60,129 nt of DNA, taken from Eledone cirrhosa. Lineage: Eukaryota. The stretch lies in contig CAXHJY010000716.1 in the NCBI GenBank assembly GCA_964016885.1, forward strand, positions 1-60,129. Direction: 5' to 3'. How positions within the stretch are numbered: the first letter of the stretch is position 1; every line of letters begins with the position of its first letter. Shown here piece by piece: positions 1 through 13,047 of this stretch. Position numbers and translations under genes: made by a program. Below the pieces are notes generated by a model, which made no database searches, had not been told where the DNA came from, and worked only from the letters and a program-made list of their open reading frames with translations.

Positions 1-269
1 TATATATGTGTGTATAGTATGTATATATATATATGTATTTATATATATTATACACACATATATATGTGTGTATAGTATATATATATATGTGTGTATAGTA
101 TATATATATATGTGTGTATAATATATATATATATGTGTATAGTATATATATATATATATATATTATACACACATATATATGTGTATAGTATATATATATA
201 TGTGTGTGTATAGTATATATATATATAGTATAACGATATTAAACAAATGGAAACTACATTTATAAAACC

Positions 270-346
270 ATATTTATTTCATTATATATATTTCAGGGAT
301 ATCATATTAAAAATATGGTATGCCCTCTTCAGACAAAATACAATAT
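270..346 (-). ncRNA. Minimal type I hammerhead ribozyme in 3' pLTR
   Basis: Reverse complement of the 4172-4248 motif. Confidence 0.85.
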
Positions 347-1742
347 ATAAACAGTTTTATAAATAAATTTGACATACCTTGAAAAATTTACAACTTCCAT
401 TTACAAAGTTGTTATGGTAGTGAGAATGTTAAGGACAGTTAGAAAGAAAGAACGAAAAGAAAAACGGAGAAAAAAGAAAAAAGAAAAAGAAGGAAAAAAA
501 GAAAAAGAAAGAGCGGGAGGTGAAGAAGATGAAGAAATGTATGTAAAGAGAAAAACACCAAATGAGAGATTTATGAGGGAAGGGGGTACTGTAATTATTT
601 ATTTATTTATTTATGTATTTAGTGTTAAGGATACGGGGAGAAATAAAAATAAATAAGGAGAGGTAGATCGAATAATATCTATCATACGAGGTGGGAGATA
701 TAGGGGAGGTGTGAGATACAGGAGATAGAGTTAAAACAGCCGATACATAAGTCCCGTTAAATGTAGAGGGAGGAGGAGAGGAGATATACTTAGAAATAAA
801 AATGATAGTTTTAAAATATTATGTTTCATCAGTCTATCAATTCCTATGAATTATAATGTAAATATCAATATTCATGAATGAGACACATATCAATAATGTG
901 TGAAAAAATAATGACTATATGTTTAGTTTAAAAATGCTTAGGTTTAGAATCAAAATCTGAGATAAAACTTCAAAAAAATACTGAAATACATAAGTATATA
1001 TGTATTTTCATGAAAAAAGAGAAAAAGAAAAAAGAGAAAGAAAAAGAGAAGGTTATCTCAAATTGACATTATAGACATATGTGAGCCTACGTGAACACCT
1101 CTGTAAATTTTTATTTCACATGAAAAGCTTCATTGCGTTAAAATAGATTTTACCGTACATATATGTACATACATACATACATACATATACATAAAATATA
1201 CATTATTAGTAATAATAATAATATTCTTTCCCTCTCATACATGATTATCGTTCAAGCATAGAATAGAACAGATATCAATATATTAAAATATTAAAATATT
1301 AAAAACGCCAAGAATATTTTCTTTCCCCAGAATATCTAGGGCCGTAAAAAACACAGTGTGCCCCGCATATCAATCAATCCTTCCAATTTATTTGACAATA
1401 TATTGCCAAGTTCATTAGAAGCAATCAGAATCAAAAGCAAACAAAACCAAAATTATTCACCAAACTTATTTAGCAGAACTCATTCAAAAAAACTTTAGGA
1501 TACCCGGTTGTTCTACAGATGCTCTTATATTTATTATAGAAGTTTATCTAGCTCACAAATTTTATTCAATAGATTTGGGAGCATCACCATTTTAATTATT
1601 AATTAATTATATACTCATGAAGAAGGTTTAAAGAATTGAAGGAATCGAAAGATTTATCGCCAAGTTTTCTAAAATAATTAAAAAATAATTAAAAAGTAAA
1701 TAAAAAAAATTAAAAAGTAAATAAAAATCTTAAGTAAATATA

Positions 1743-3962
1743 CTACATTTTAAATTTATATTTATATTTAAAAGTTGAGTTCAATCTATGTCTGCAGCAA
1801 CTGAATAAATTGGTCCGTAAATTAAGGGAATTTTTAGATTTCAGTATAAAGAATATCTCCTCCGCGCAGAGGTCACATGTCTCAGAGGAGGAGTTAAAAG
1901 GAATCCCTCTTGAGACTATATTCCAAACCATCGAATATCCAACGTTATCATGTTTAAGTTGCCAGAGTAAGCCTGATAGTGATGTTGAAGATTTTTTGTT
2001 TGGATCCGTGAAAGAATTCTTGTGATTATTATAGCGAAGTTTAAATTCTGTCGAGGTGGAACCAACATAATTAAAAGAATTTACGTCAGTTTTAACATTA
2101 CAGTTGTATATTATATTTTTAACTAAGCAATTGTTATTTAACGGGCATTTAGATCTATCTCTACAGTTACAGTTGTTTACTTGAATATTGTTTATGCTAT
2201 TATCAGTATTTTGGCTAGGTTTTAGATTCCTATTATTTATTCTATTAATATTTTGTGCTAAATTTTTGGCGGACGAGTAAGTTAATTTTATTGTATGTCT
2301 ATTGAAAATTGAGTGATACTTATGTGTTCTAGGGAATCGTTTGTCAAGAGCATTAAAAAATAGTTTAGCGATGTGGGTTTTAATGTTTAGTGAGAAGGGG
2401 GGGGGGACCAAATTATGTTTCTAGTTCTATTTCTTTTCTGGGTTTTGGAATTATTGTAATTCTTTCTATTATAGTTGTTGAAGTTGTTACCCTAATTAAA
2501 ATTGTTGTTATTTTGGTTAGTTTGTCTATTATTATCGATGTACATAATTTTATCACTATATCCTGCTCTAGCTAACGCTTCATTGTAATACTGGGCTTTT
2601 TGGTCGAAAATATTTTTATTAGATGAGATTCTAGAGATACGTTTTTGAACAGAGTTCACTATAGTATTTTTAACAGATCTGGGGTGGTTGGAGTTAAAGT
2701 TGACATAGTTCAAGTTTTCATTTAACTTGTGAAATGGATAGTGAAGGCATGTTTTGAGATTTAATGTTACATCTAGGAAATTGACTATTCTATGGTTATT
2801 CTCAATTTCTATTTTTAGATTAAGGTAATTAAAAAATTGTATAATTTGTTTTCTTTTTCTATTTAGTTCAGAGTTATTATTTTCAATAAGTAAAAGCATG
2901 TCATCTCGATATAATCCTCCGGTAGCACCGGGTATTTTCCTATGCAGCGAATTAATTATAAATAGGCCCACAAGGTCTGTTACCTGAGCTGAGTCAGAAG
3001 ATCCCATAGTAATGTCAAAATTGCTATCTCTATCTGCCCTAGTCCATAGTTGGTTATTAAATTCTATCAATGCTTTCCTTGCCGATAGTATAATGTGCAT
3101 TTCATTGCTAGTTAGGTCTGTATGTTTGAATGCATAATTTAGTGCCTTATTTAGTAGGTTAGGGGTAATAGATGAATAGTAGTTAGCAATATCTAGTTGA
3201 ATAAATTTATTATTATTGTTATATTTAATTTCTTTAAACCACTCAATAACCTCTCCAGTTCCCTTCCACAAGCTTAAGTTAGGTAAACAATTCAAGTTCT
3301 TAATTTGCTGTATCACCCTGTCTAGAATGTTTTTGCTAAGTTTACCCAGGTCAGATTTTGATGGTGCAATCAATCTGACTGGCAAGTCGTTTTCAAAATT
3401 TCTTTTGTGATCTTTCATATTGATCTTGGGTTTCCTGGGCAAGAAAGGTTGTGTTTTGTTCTCAATTTCCAACTCATGCATTATACAAGATGCCTCAACG
3501 TTCATTTTCTCAAGTTCAGCCTTATCTGCTACCTTGTACTTTTTCCTTAGTTCTTTCAGTATGAGGCCATTATACATGTCTTTATCCAGTCCATAGAGGT
3601 TGTTGGTTTTGTCCGATTTCACCAAGATCTTCTCTGTTCTCTCTAAGCTCACAATATTATCCTTAATGCTTTTCAGATATTCCTGGCCTTTGAAGTTTCT
3701 CTTGAATTTGACTCTTGTATGATAGAAATTATATCGTTTTCAAAATCAATTAAAAGTTTGTTGGGGGTGGATTTTTTTTAGATTTGAAAACTTTATCTAA
3801 GTCTGAGACATTTTCATTTGTATTAGATTTATCAAAGTGGAATGCACGCCACCTGATTCTCCTTATAAAAGAGTCTGATTTATCTATTAATTGTTTAATA
3901 AAGTCTTTGTTTCTAGGTAGAGGTATGTCTTTTAGAGAAGAAGAGATCTTAAAGAATTCCAT
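1743..3962 (-). pseudogene. Disrupted PLE polyprotein (RT + GIY-YIG endonuclease)
   Basis: Motifs KDIPLP..FIRRIRWRAF, SDKTNNLY, QLDIANYYSSI, TMGSSDSAQ, GGLYRDD, NFLDVTL, IIYNCNV..YVGSTSTEFKLRYNNH, CDLC.EE, CRH. Frameshifts near 3760, 3716 and about 2460, plus a TAG at 2492. Confidence 0.92.
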
Positions 3963-4171
3963 TTTTTTCAGTTATAATATAAAGGGCTCAACAGTATTGG
4001 AGCAAGATATATGCAAACATTTTATTTAAAATTGTTGGGTTACAACGAGTAAATATTTTATGACTGATATAAAAGCACTCAACAGATTTTGGAGTATTTT
4101 ACGATTAAACTTTTTAAATGGAAGTTGTAAATTTTTCAAGGTATGTCAAATTTATTTATAAAACTGTTTAT

Positions 4172-4248
4172 ATATTGTATTTTGTCTGAAGAGGGCATAC
4201 CATATTTTTAATATGATATCCCTGAAATATATATAATGAAATAAATAT
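4172..4248 (+). ncRNA. Minimal type I hammerhead ribozyme in inverted pLTR
   Basis: CTGAAGA (4186), stem II GGGCATACCATATT/AATATGATATCCCT, GAAA (4224), palindromic TATATA, then TA. Stem I ATATTGTATTTTGT/ATGAAATAAATAT. Confidence 0.85.
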
Positions 4249-5587
4249 GGTTTTATAAATGTAGTTTCCATTTGTTTAATATCGTTAAATACTCCAAAAT
4301 CTGTTGAGTGCTTTTATATCAGTTATAAAATATGTACTCGATGTAACCCAACAATTTTAAATAAAATTTTTGCATATATATAGTATATATATATATATAT
4401 ATATAGTATATATATATATAGCGTATATATATATATAGAGAGAGTATATATATATATATGTGTATAGTATATATATATATGTATATATATATATAGTATA
4501 TATATATGTATATATATATATAGTATATATATAGTATATATATATATATATATATATATAGTATATACATATATATAGTATATATATATATATATATATA
4601 GTATATATATTACTCTTTTACCTGTTTCAGCCATCCGGCTGAGGCCATGCTGGGGTACCGCCCTTATAGTATATATATATATACATAGTATATATATATA
4701 TATATATATAGTATATATATAGTAATAATAATAATAGTAATAATAATAAAATTGAAGACTAAAATCCAAAGAGGGCTCGTATATATATATATATATATAT
4801 ACATATGGTTTGGCTATGTGTATACGGGAGTTTTGCGTCTGTGTGAGTATGCATGTTCGTACGTATGTAGGGCTTAGTATATATATATATATATAGTATA
4901 TATATATATATATATATAGTATATATATATACATATAGTATATATATATATATAGTATATATATATATATAGTATATATATATATAGCATATATATATAT
5001 ATATAGTATATATATAGTATATATATAGTATATATATAGTATATATATATATATAGTATATATATATATATAGTATATATATATATATATATAGTATATA
5101 TATATATATAGTATATATATATATATATATAGTATATATATATATATATAGTATATATATATATAGTATATATATATATAGTATATATATATATAGTATA
5201 TATATAGTATATATATATATATAGTATATATATATAGTATATATATATATATATAGTATATATATATATATATATATATAGTATATATATATATATAGTA
5301 TATATATATATATATATAGTATATATATATTTATATAGTTGATATATATATTTATATAGTATATATTTATTTATATAGTATATATTTATATAGTATATAT
5401 ATATATTTATATAGTATATATATATATTTATATAGTATATATATATATTTATATAGTATATATATATATTTATATAGTATATATATATATTTATATAGTA
5501 TATATATATATTTATATAGTATATATATATATATTTATATAGTATATATATATATATTTATATAGTATATATATATATATTTATATA

Positions 5588-5654
<67 letters not shown>

Positions 5655-5659
<5 letters not shown>

Positions 5660-6595
5660 CCATTACTTATTTGCATAGGTAAGTATATATTACCCGTGCG
5701 TTTTGTGAAGGTACGTATACCTTCTCGTACGTATATTTGATTGTTTATGTTATGGCGTATAAATTTATATATTCTGGTACATATGGTTTGGCTATGTGTA
5801 TACGGGAGTTTTGCGTCTGTGTGAGTATGCATGTTCGTACGTATGTAGGGTGTGTGTATATGTGTACTTCATGTTTTGGTTGACTTAAGGCTCCGAACAT
5901 TCGTGTATTTACATGTAGGTATGTGTGTGCGCTTGGTATATACTTTTTTATTTATTTATATACGTTTATATAATTATTTATTTATTTGTATACACGCATA
6001 CACACACACACACACATATTTATATGTGCGTGGTTTTGTATGCCTATTGTAAGTGTTTTGCGTATGCTTGTGTATGTATGTATTTATTTATTTCTATTAC
6101 TTCTGTGTTGTATTTATTTACTTTGTTCTAAGCTCTGTAGCGGAGATTCATTCGGTCTCCTAGTTAGAATTTTAGTCTACGACTTCTGCTATACCATTTA
6201 CGTGGTTTTGTCTTTGCGTGCTATTGTTCTCCACGGTCCACATATGACGTATTATCTTCGTTTTTTTCGTTCATTGCCAGAGAACGTCTCTATGAACCAC
6301 CTAAGAGAACATTAGTCTACGACCTCTTTTATACCATATACGTGGTTCTGTCTTTGCGCGTAATTGTTTTTCACCGCTCCTATTAATGACGTTTAATATT
6401 CGTTTTTTCCCGTTCTTTGCCAGCGAACGTTACCACGAACCAAAGTATCGTCTTCCTGTCTTCCTCCGGTTGCAACGTTTTTTGAAATATCCACTTCTGC
6501 GTTTACAGATTAACTTTGTTAGTTTCAGAAGATCCCGTTAAGGGTGAAAGCAGCGATTCTTTGCGTAAACTTTAATCTGTTATTTTAATAAATAT
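5655..6595 (+). mobile_element. Non-coding about 1-kb repeat ending in a hammerhead-like motif (copy 1; extra fragment at about 4800-4873)
   Basis: Homologous to 24965-26022 and 26095-27167. Internal about 130-bp direct duplication (6175-6300 / 6314-6442). TA flanks. Confidence 0.85.
6505..6580 (+). ncRNA. Hammerhead-like motif with A4 core (CAGAAGA); U16.1 mutated in this copy
   Basis: ACAGATTAA..AGTTT-CAGAAGA-TCCC gttaa GGGT-GAAA-GCA..TGC-GT-AAACT TTAATCTGT. Confidence 0.55.
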
Positions 6596-6613
6596 ATATA
6601 TATAGTATATATA

Positions 6614-6679
<66 letters not shown>

Positions 6680-6731
6680 ATATATATATATATAGTATAT
6701 TTATTAAAATCTATTACTATTAATATATATA

Positions 6732-6807
<76 letters not shown>

Positions 6808-6808
6808 G

Positions 6809-6839
<31 letters not shown>

Positions 6840-7205
6840 TAGTATATATATATAGTACGTATATATATATATATATATAGTATGTATATATATATATATA
6901 GTATGTATATATATATATATATAGTATATATATATTATATATATATATATAGTATGTATATATATATATATAGTATATATATATATAGTATAGTATATAT
7001 ATAGTATATATATATATATATAGTATATATATATAGTATATATATATATATGGTATATATATATATATATAGTATATATATATATATATATATATAGTAT
7101 ATATATATGGTATATATATATTTATATATTATATATATATATATAGTATATATATATATAGAGTATATATATTATATATATATATATAGTATATATATAT
7201 ATAGA

Positions 7206-7239
<34 letters not shown>

Positions 7240-7362
7240 TATATATATATAGTATATATATATATATAGTATATATATATATATAGTATATATATATAGT
7301 ATATATATGTATATATATATATATAGTATATATATATAGTATATATATGTATATATATATAG

Positions 7363-7393
<31 letters not shown>

Positions 7394-7850
7394 AATATAT
7401 ATATATATATAGTATATATATATATATATATATATAGTATATATATATAATATATATATATAGTATATATATATATATAGTATATATATATATATATAGT
7501 ATATATATATATATAGTATATATATATATATATAGTATATATATATATATAGTATATATATATATATAGTATATATATATATATATAGTATATATATATA
7601 TATATAGTAAATATATATATATATAGTATATATATATATATAGTATATATATATATATATATAGTATATATATATATATAGTAACTATTTATATATGGTA
7701 TATATATATATATATATAGTATATATATATATATAGTAACTATTTATATATGGTATATATATATATATATAGTATATATATATATATATATATATAGTAT
7801 ATATATATATAGTATATATATATATAGTATATATATATATAGTATATATA

Positions 7851-7909
<59 letters not shown>

Positions 7910-8023
7910 TGTGTATATATATATAGTATGTGTATATATATATAGTATGTGTGTATATATATATAGTATGTGTATATATATATAGTATGTGTGTATATAT
8001 ATATAGTATGTGTATATATATAT

Positions 8024-8055
<32 letters not shown>

Positions 8056-8077
8056 GTATATATATATGTATATATAA

Positions 8078-8850
8078 ATGTATACGTACATACATATATG
8101 TATACATACGTACAGTAGTATGTATATATATACATACATGCACACATATATATATGCACGTATCGACGATAGCTAATAAGCTTGAAACTAGTACATCGTT
8201 CCTGTGTCAGTGTCGAACAAAAAGGTGACGTGGTTGCCTAAACACTGTACGGCGTAATTCGTGCTGTTTGTTTGTTTACAAACAAACAAACCGAGCATTA
8301 TAATAAATGTTCGGTAAACCGATACTTGCATATTTATAAATGTGTACAAGTATGTATATATATACATACTACTGTACGTCTGTATACATATATGTATGTA
8401 CGTATACATACATAGATTCTTATATTTAAGTAAGTGCCGTACTAAGAGTGAGAATTTAAATTTCGTTTCATTCTATTCCATTTATCGTTTTCGGCGTGCC
8501 CGGCCGACTGAACTCACTCGATATGCAAATTAGGCTGCTCAGCCGTTAATATGTATAAGGAAAGTATATACTTTCAGACGTTCAACCATCTGGCAGGAAG
8601 GTATACGATACTGACGATAGCTAATAAGCTTGAAATTAGTACATCGTTCCTGTGTCAGTGTTGAACGATGACGTGGTTGCTTAAACTCTGTACGGCGTAA
8701 TTCGGGCTGTTTGTTTGTTTATAAATAAACAAACCGAGCATTGTAATAAATATTCGGTAAACAGATTCGTGCATATATATATGTGCATGTATGTATATAT
8801 ATACAAACTACTGTACGTCTGTATACATATATGTACGTATACATACATAC
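8078..8850 (+). mobile_element. Small HHR-delimited partial tandem repeat (448-nt period) with 5' inverted tail; retrozyme-like or non-autonomous PLE
   Basis: 8165-8410 recurs at 8613-8850 (GAAA at 8184 and 8632). 8078-8164 is an inverted copy of about 8764-8845. Confidence 0.75.
8605..8647 (+). ncRNA. Minimal type I hammerhead ribozyme
   Basis: ACGAT(A)-CTGACGA-TAGCT aata AGCTT-GAAA-TTAG-TA-(C)ATCGT. The truncated copy at 8165-8199 has palindromic stem III ACTAGT. Confidence 0.8.
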
Positions 8851-8866
8851 TTATATTTATATATAC

Positions 8867-8897
<31 letters not shown>

Positions 8898-8902
8898 CAC
8901 AC

Positions 8903-8968
<66 letters not shown>

Positions 8969-9000
8969 GTATATAAATATATATATATATATATATATAC

Positions 9001-9036
<36 letters not shown>

Positions 9037-9037
9037 G

Positions 9038-9071
<34 letters not shown>

Positions 9072-9282
9072 CGTATATATATATATATATATACGTATAT
9101 ATATATATACGTATATATATATATATATATACGTATATATATATATATACGTATATATATGTATATATATATATATATATATATACGTATATATATGTAT
9201 ATATACGTATATATATATATATATATATATATACGTATATATATGTATATATACGTATATATATATATATATATATATATAC

Positions 9283-9318
<36 letters not shown>

Positions 9319-9346
9319 GTATATATATATATATATATATATATAC

Positions 9347-9378
<32 letters not shown>

Positions 9379-9414
9379 GTATATATATATATATACGTAT
9401 ATATATATATATAC

Positions 9415-9468
<54 letters not shown>

Positions 9469-9773
9469 GTATATATATATATATACGTATATATATATAT
9501 ATATATATACGTATATATATATATATACGTATATATATATATATACGTATATATATATATATATATACGTATATATATACCTATATATATATATATACGT
9601 ATGTATATTCCCTCTGATAGTTTGTATAATATTGTACATAGTTCTTTTGAATATGCATACCAATTCTAACACATATATATCCTAGAAACGATCGTAAAAT
9701 AATGAACTTTTTTGTTTAATATAAGGAACTGTTTCTTTGTTTATTCATTATTTTTTTAATAATTTATATATAC

Positions 9774-9847
<74 letters not shown>

Positions 9848-10806
9848 GTATATATATACCTATATATATATATATATATATATATATACGTATATATATA
9901 TATATATACGTATATATATATATATAATATACGTATTTATCTATATATATACGTATATATATATATATATACGTATATATATATATATATATATTGGAAA
10001 ATGTCTGTAATCCTTGGTACAGTTAGGTATATTAAGACAGGGGGGAAGAAAAAATGGCTTCACTTGTGCTTTCAACAAATTTATTTTCTTCACAAAATCT
10101 AAAAAGAATTTTTCTTAAAAAAAATTATTTTATAAATTAAGTTGTTGGTTGTTGGTTAGGTCTTAGGAGTTCTTGGTTAACGTAGGAGGTATTGTTTCGT
10201 TTTTAGAAAGACCTTTCACGCTGAGGTGCACTTGTCAAACTGATGTGTATGTGGTGTGTTGTTCTATATATAGGGATTTAACATGTCTGTGGTGTGGTGG
10301 GGGTTTCTTTTCTCCCCTTTTAATAAGTGCATGGGTGTAGGTGTGTTGAAAAAGTGTTCATAGCAGTAATGAGTTGAGACGGTGAGTAGGGTTGGGTGGG
10401 GAGAAATGTAGCAAGTGCGGCCTGCCCCGGCCATTCTCGAAAAATTCCTTTATTCAGGGGAAAAAGCTTTTAGTATTGCTTTTGTGTTGAGAATGGTCAC
10501 AGGCAAATCGCAACTGTCAAGTTTGTGAATAATTATTTTTTTCTTTTTTTCCTGAAGAATTTTTCTACGTCCATCCCAAAGTTAGTCCTTTGTTCAACAC
10601 ACACATATGTGCGCATACACGTACATACACACATGGGCATATGTAGGAATATATAGGCACACACCATCAATCACACACCCATGTATAAATACATCCACAT
10701 ACATACACAAAAACATATAGAGACACATATAAAAACACACATACACATACGTACACACACGAATATGTACTCATACCTCCACATGGGTATATATATATAT
10801 ACATAT

Positions 10807-10839
<33 letters not shown>

Positions 10840-10888
10840 CATACATATACACATACACACACATACACACACACATATATATATATAT

Positions 10889-10951
<63 letters not shown>

Positions 10952-11187
10952 TACATACATATACATACATACATATACATACATATACACACATAAAGAT
11001 ACATAACTAAATATACATATATACACATACACGCACACATAGACACACACACACACACACACGCACGTGTATACACACACACACACACATATACATATGT
11101 CCGTATATATACCCCTCCGTTCACACATACATGCATACACACACACACACATACATCTATATATATATACACATATAAAGAGAGAGG

Positions 11188-11305
<118 letters not shown>

Positions 11306-11410
11306 AGTATTGAAATTTCCGTTGGAAACAGAAAAGGTCATAGAAATGAAGAGTGCTCTATGTAAGTATCAGAGCAAGATTTAACGTATAAAATCAATAC
11401 AATATAATTA

Positions 11411-11480
11411 CCTCATTACCAGAGGTTTCCCGAATGAGGCGAATACGAAATAAACGACTTCATTCGTTCGTCAGACGAGG
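11411..11480 (-). ncRNA. Type I hammerhead ribozyme
   Basis: Reverse complement of 11978-12047. Confidence 0.82.
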
Positions 11481-11977
11481 CAATATAAAACATGGGCAAA
11501 CACTTAGAAAAACACATCAAGAAAATCAAAAAAATATATAGATAAATGAAATAGAAATTGAAATATATAAAAATCTATCAAGAAAAATAGTTAGGTGTGT
11601 GTATGTGTATGTATATACGCTCACAGATGTGCATATATGTATATGTGCACATGTAAATGTATAGTTAGAAAGTGTGCGTAATTATAAAAATTTAGGGCAA
11701 ATGTATCTATATGTCTGTATTATACAGACAGAAATGGTTACAGACATATAGATACATTTGCCCTAAATTTTTATAATTACGCACACTTTCTCACTATACA
11801 TTTACATGTGCACATATACATATATGCACATCTGTGAGCGTATATACATACACATACACACACCTAACTATTTTTCTTGATAGATTTTTATATATTTCAA
11901 TTTCTATTTCATTTATCTATATATTTTTTTGATTTTCTTGATGTGTTTTTCTAAGTGTTTGCCCATGTTTTATATTG

Positions 11978-12047
11978 CCTCGTCTGACGAACGAATGAAG
12001 TCGTTTATTTCGTATTCGCCTCATTCGGGAAACCTCTGGTAATGAGG
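11978..12047 (+). ncRNA. Type I hammerhead ribozyme
   Basis: CCTCGT-CTGACGA-(A)CGAATGA...TCATTCG(G)-GAAA-CC tct GG-TA-ATGAGG; predicted GUA cleavage. Confidence 0.82.
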
Positions 12048-12212
12048 TAATTATATTGTATTGATTTTATACATTATATATATATATATATACATACACA
12101 CACATATACATATATGTACACATAAACACATACAGACACATACACACATATACACATACATATACACATACATATATATCCATATACATATATATACACA
12201 CATCATAAACAC

Positions 12213-12243
<31 letters not shown>

Positions 12244-12305
12244 CATACACATACACATACACATACAACTACATACATACACACATACATACATATACAT
12301 ACATG

Positions 12306-12353
<48 letters not shown>

Positions 12354-12670
12354 TATATACATATATATATATATACATATATATACACACATACACACAC
12401 ATACACATATATACACACATACATATATACATATATATATACATGTGCGTACACACGAGCACATAAAGACACATATACACATACACATACATATACATAT
12501 ATATACATATATATACACATACATCTACATACATACATACATATACACAAACAGAAACATACACAAATGTACACACATATATACATATATGCACATACAA
12601 ACACACACACACACATATATATAGGTACATACACATACATACACACACACATAAACATACATATCTATCC

Positions 12671-12707
<37 letters not shown>

Positions 12708-12764
12708 TATACAAACATACACATATATACATGTACATATACACACACATACACACATACACAC

Positions 12765-12795
<31 letters not shown>

Positions 12796-12796
12796 C

Positions 12797-12829
<33 letters not shown>

Positions 12830-12851
12830 TACAAACATACACACATCCATA

Positions 12852-12892
<41 letters not shown>

Positions 12893-13047
12893 ACACCCAC
12901 ATATATATATACCCACACGTACATACATCCATACATCCCGACACACATATATGTCTGTGTGTCTCACCGTTTACTCAGATATTCATGTGTATACATAAGA
13001 AGAGGGGGGTGGGGTAGTGAAATGGAATTTTACCTCCGAGTGTTAAT

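Larger units (their letters stand above)
231..4378 (-). mobile_element. Near full-length Penelope-like retroelement with 3' pseudo-LTR (231-403) and inverted pLTR+tail at its 5' end (4115-4378)
   Basis: RT and GIY-YIG ORF pieces on the minus strand. 231-403 is the reverse complement of about 4115-4287, and 4286-4378 is the reverse complement of about 4008-4099. Both ends abut TA/TATAG microsatellite. Confidence 0.93.
4375..8075. repeat. (TA)n microsatellite field with TAG interruptions, broken by inserted elements
   Basis: Direct reading: (TA)nG units. Confidence 0.95.

Noticed and set aside
3250-3720. Apparently GC-richer patch in the first PLE ORF as a recombinant segment
   Set aside because: Other RT stretches (for example 2941-3000) reach similar GC; not supportable without alignments.
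9642-9707. HHR-like remnants here (GAAA-CGATCG-TA), at about 49165-49205 and at about 56485-56525
   Set aside because: A palindromic stem III or stem II is present but the core and/or stem I are broken; not counted as ribozymes.
9995-10600. Possible PLE N-terminal remnant (LNKGL..DVEKFFRK) and HHR-like GTGAAGA..GAAA on the minus strand
   Set aside because: Motifs are short, out of frame and poorly paired; too degenerate to call.
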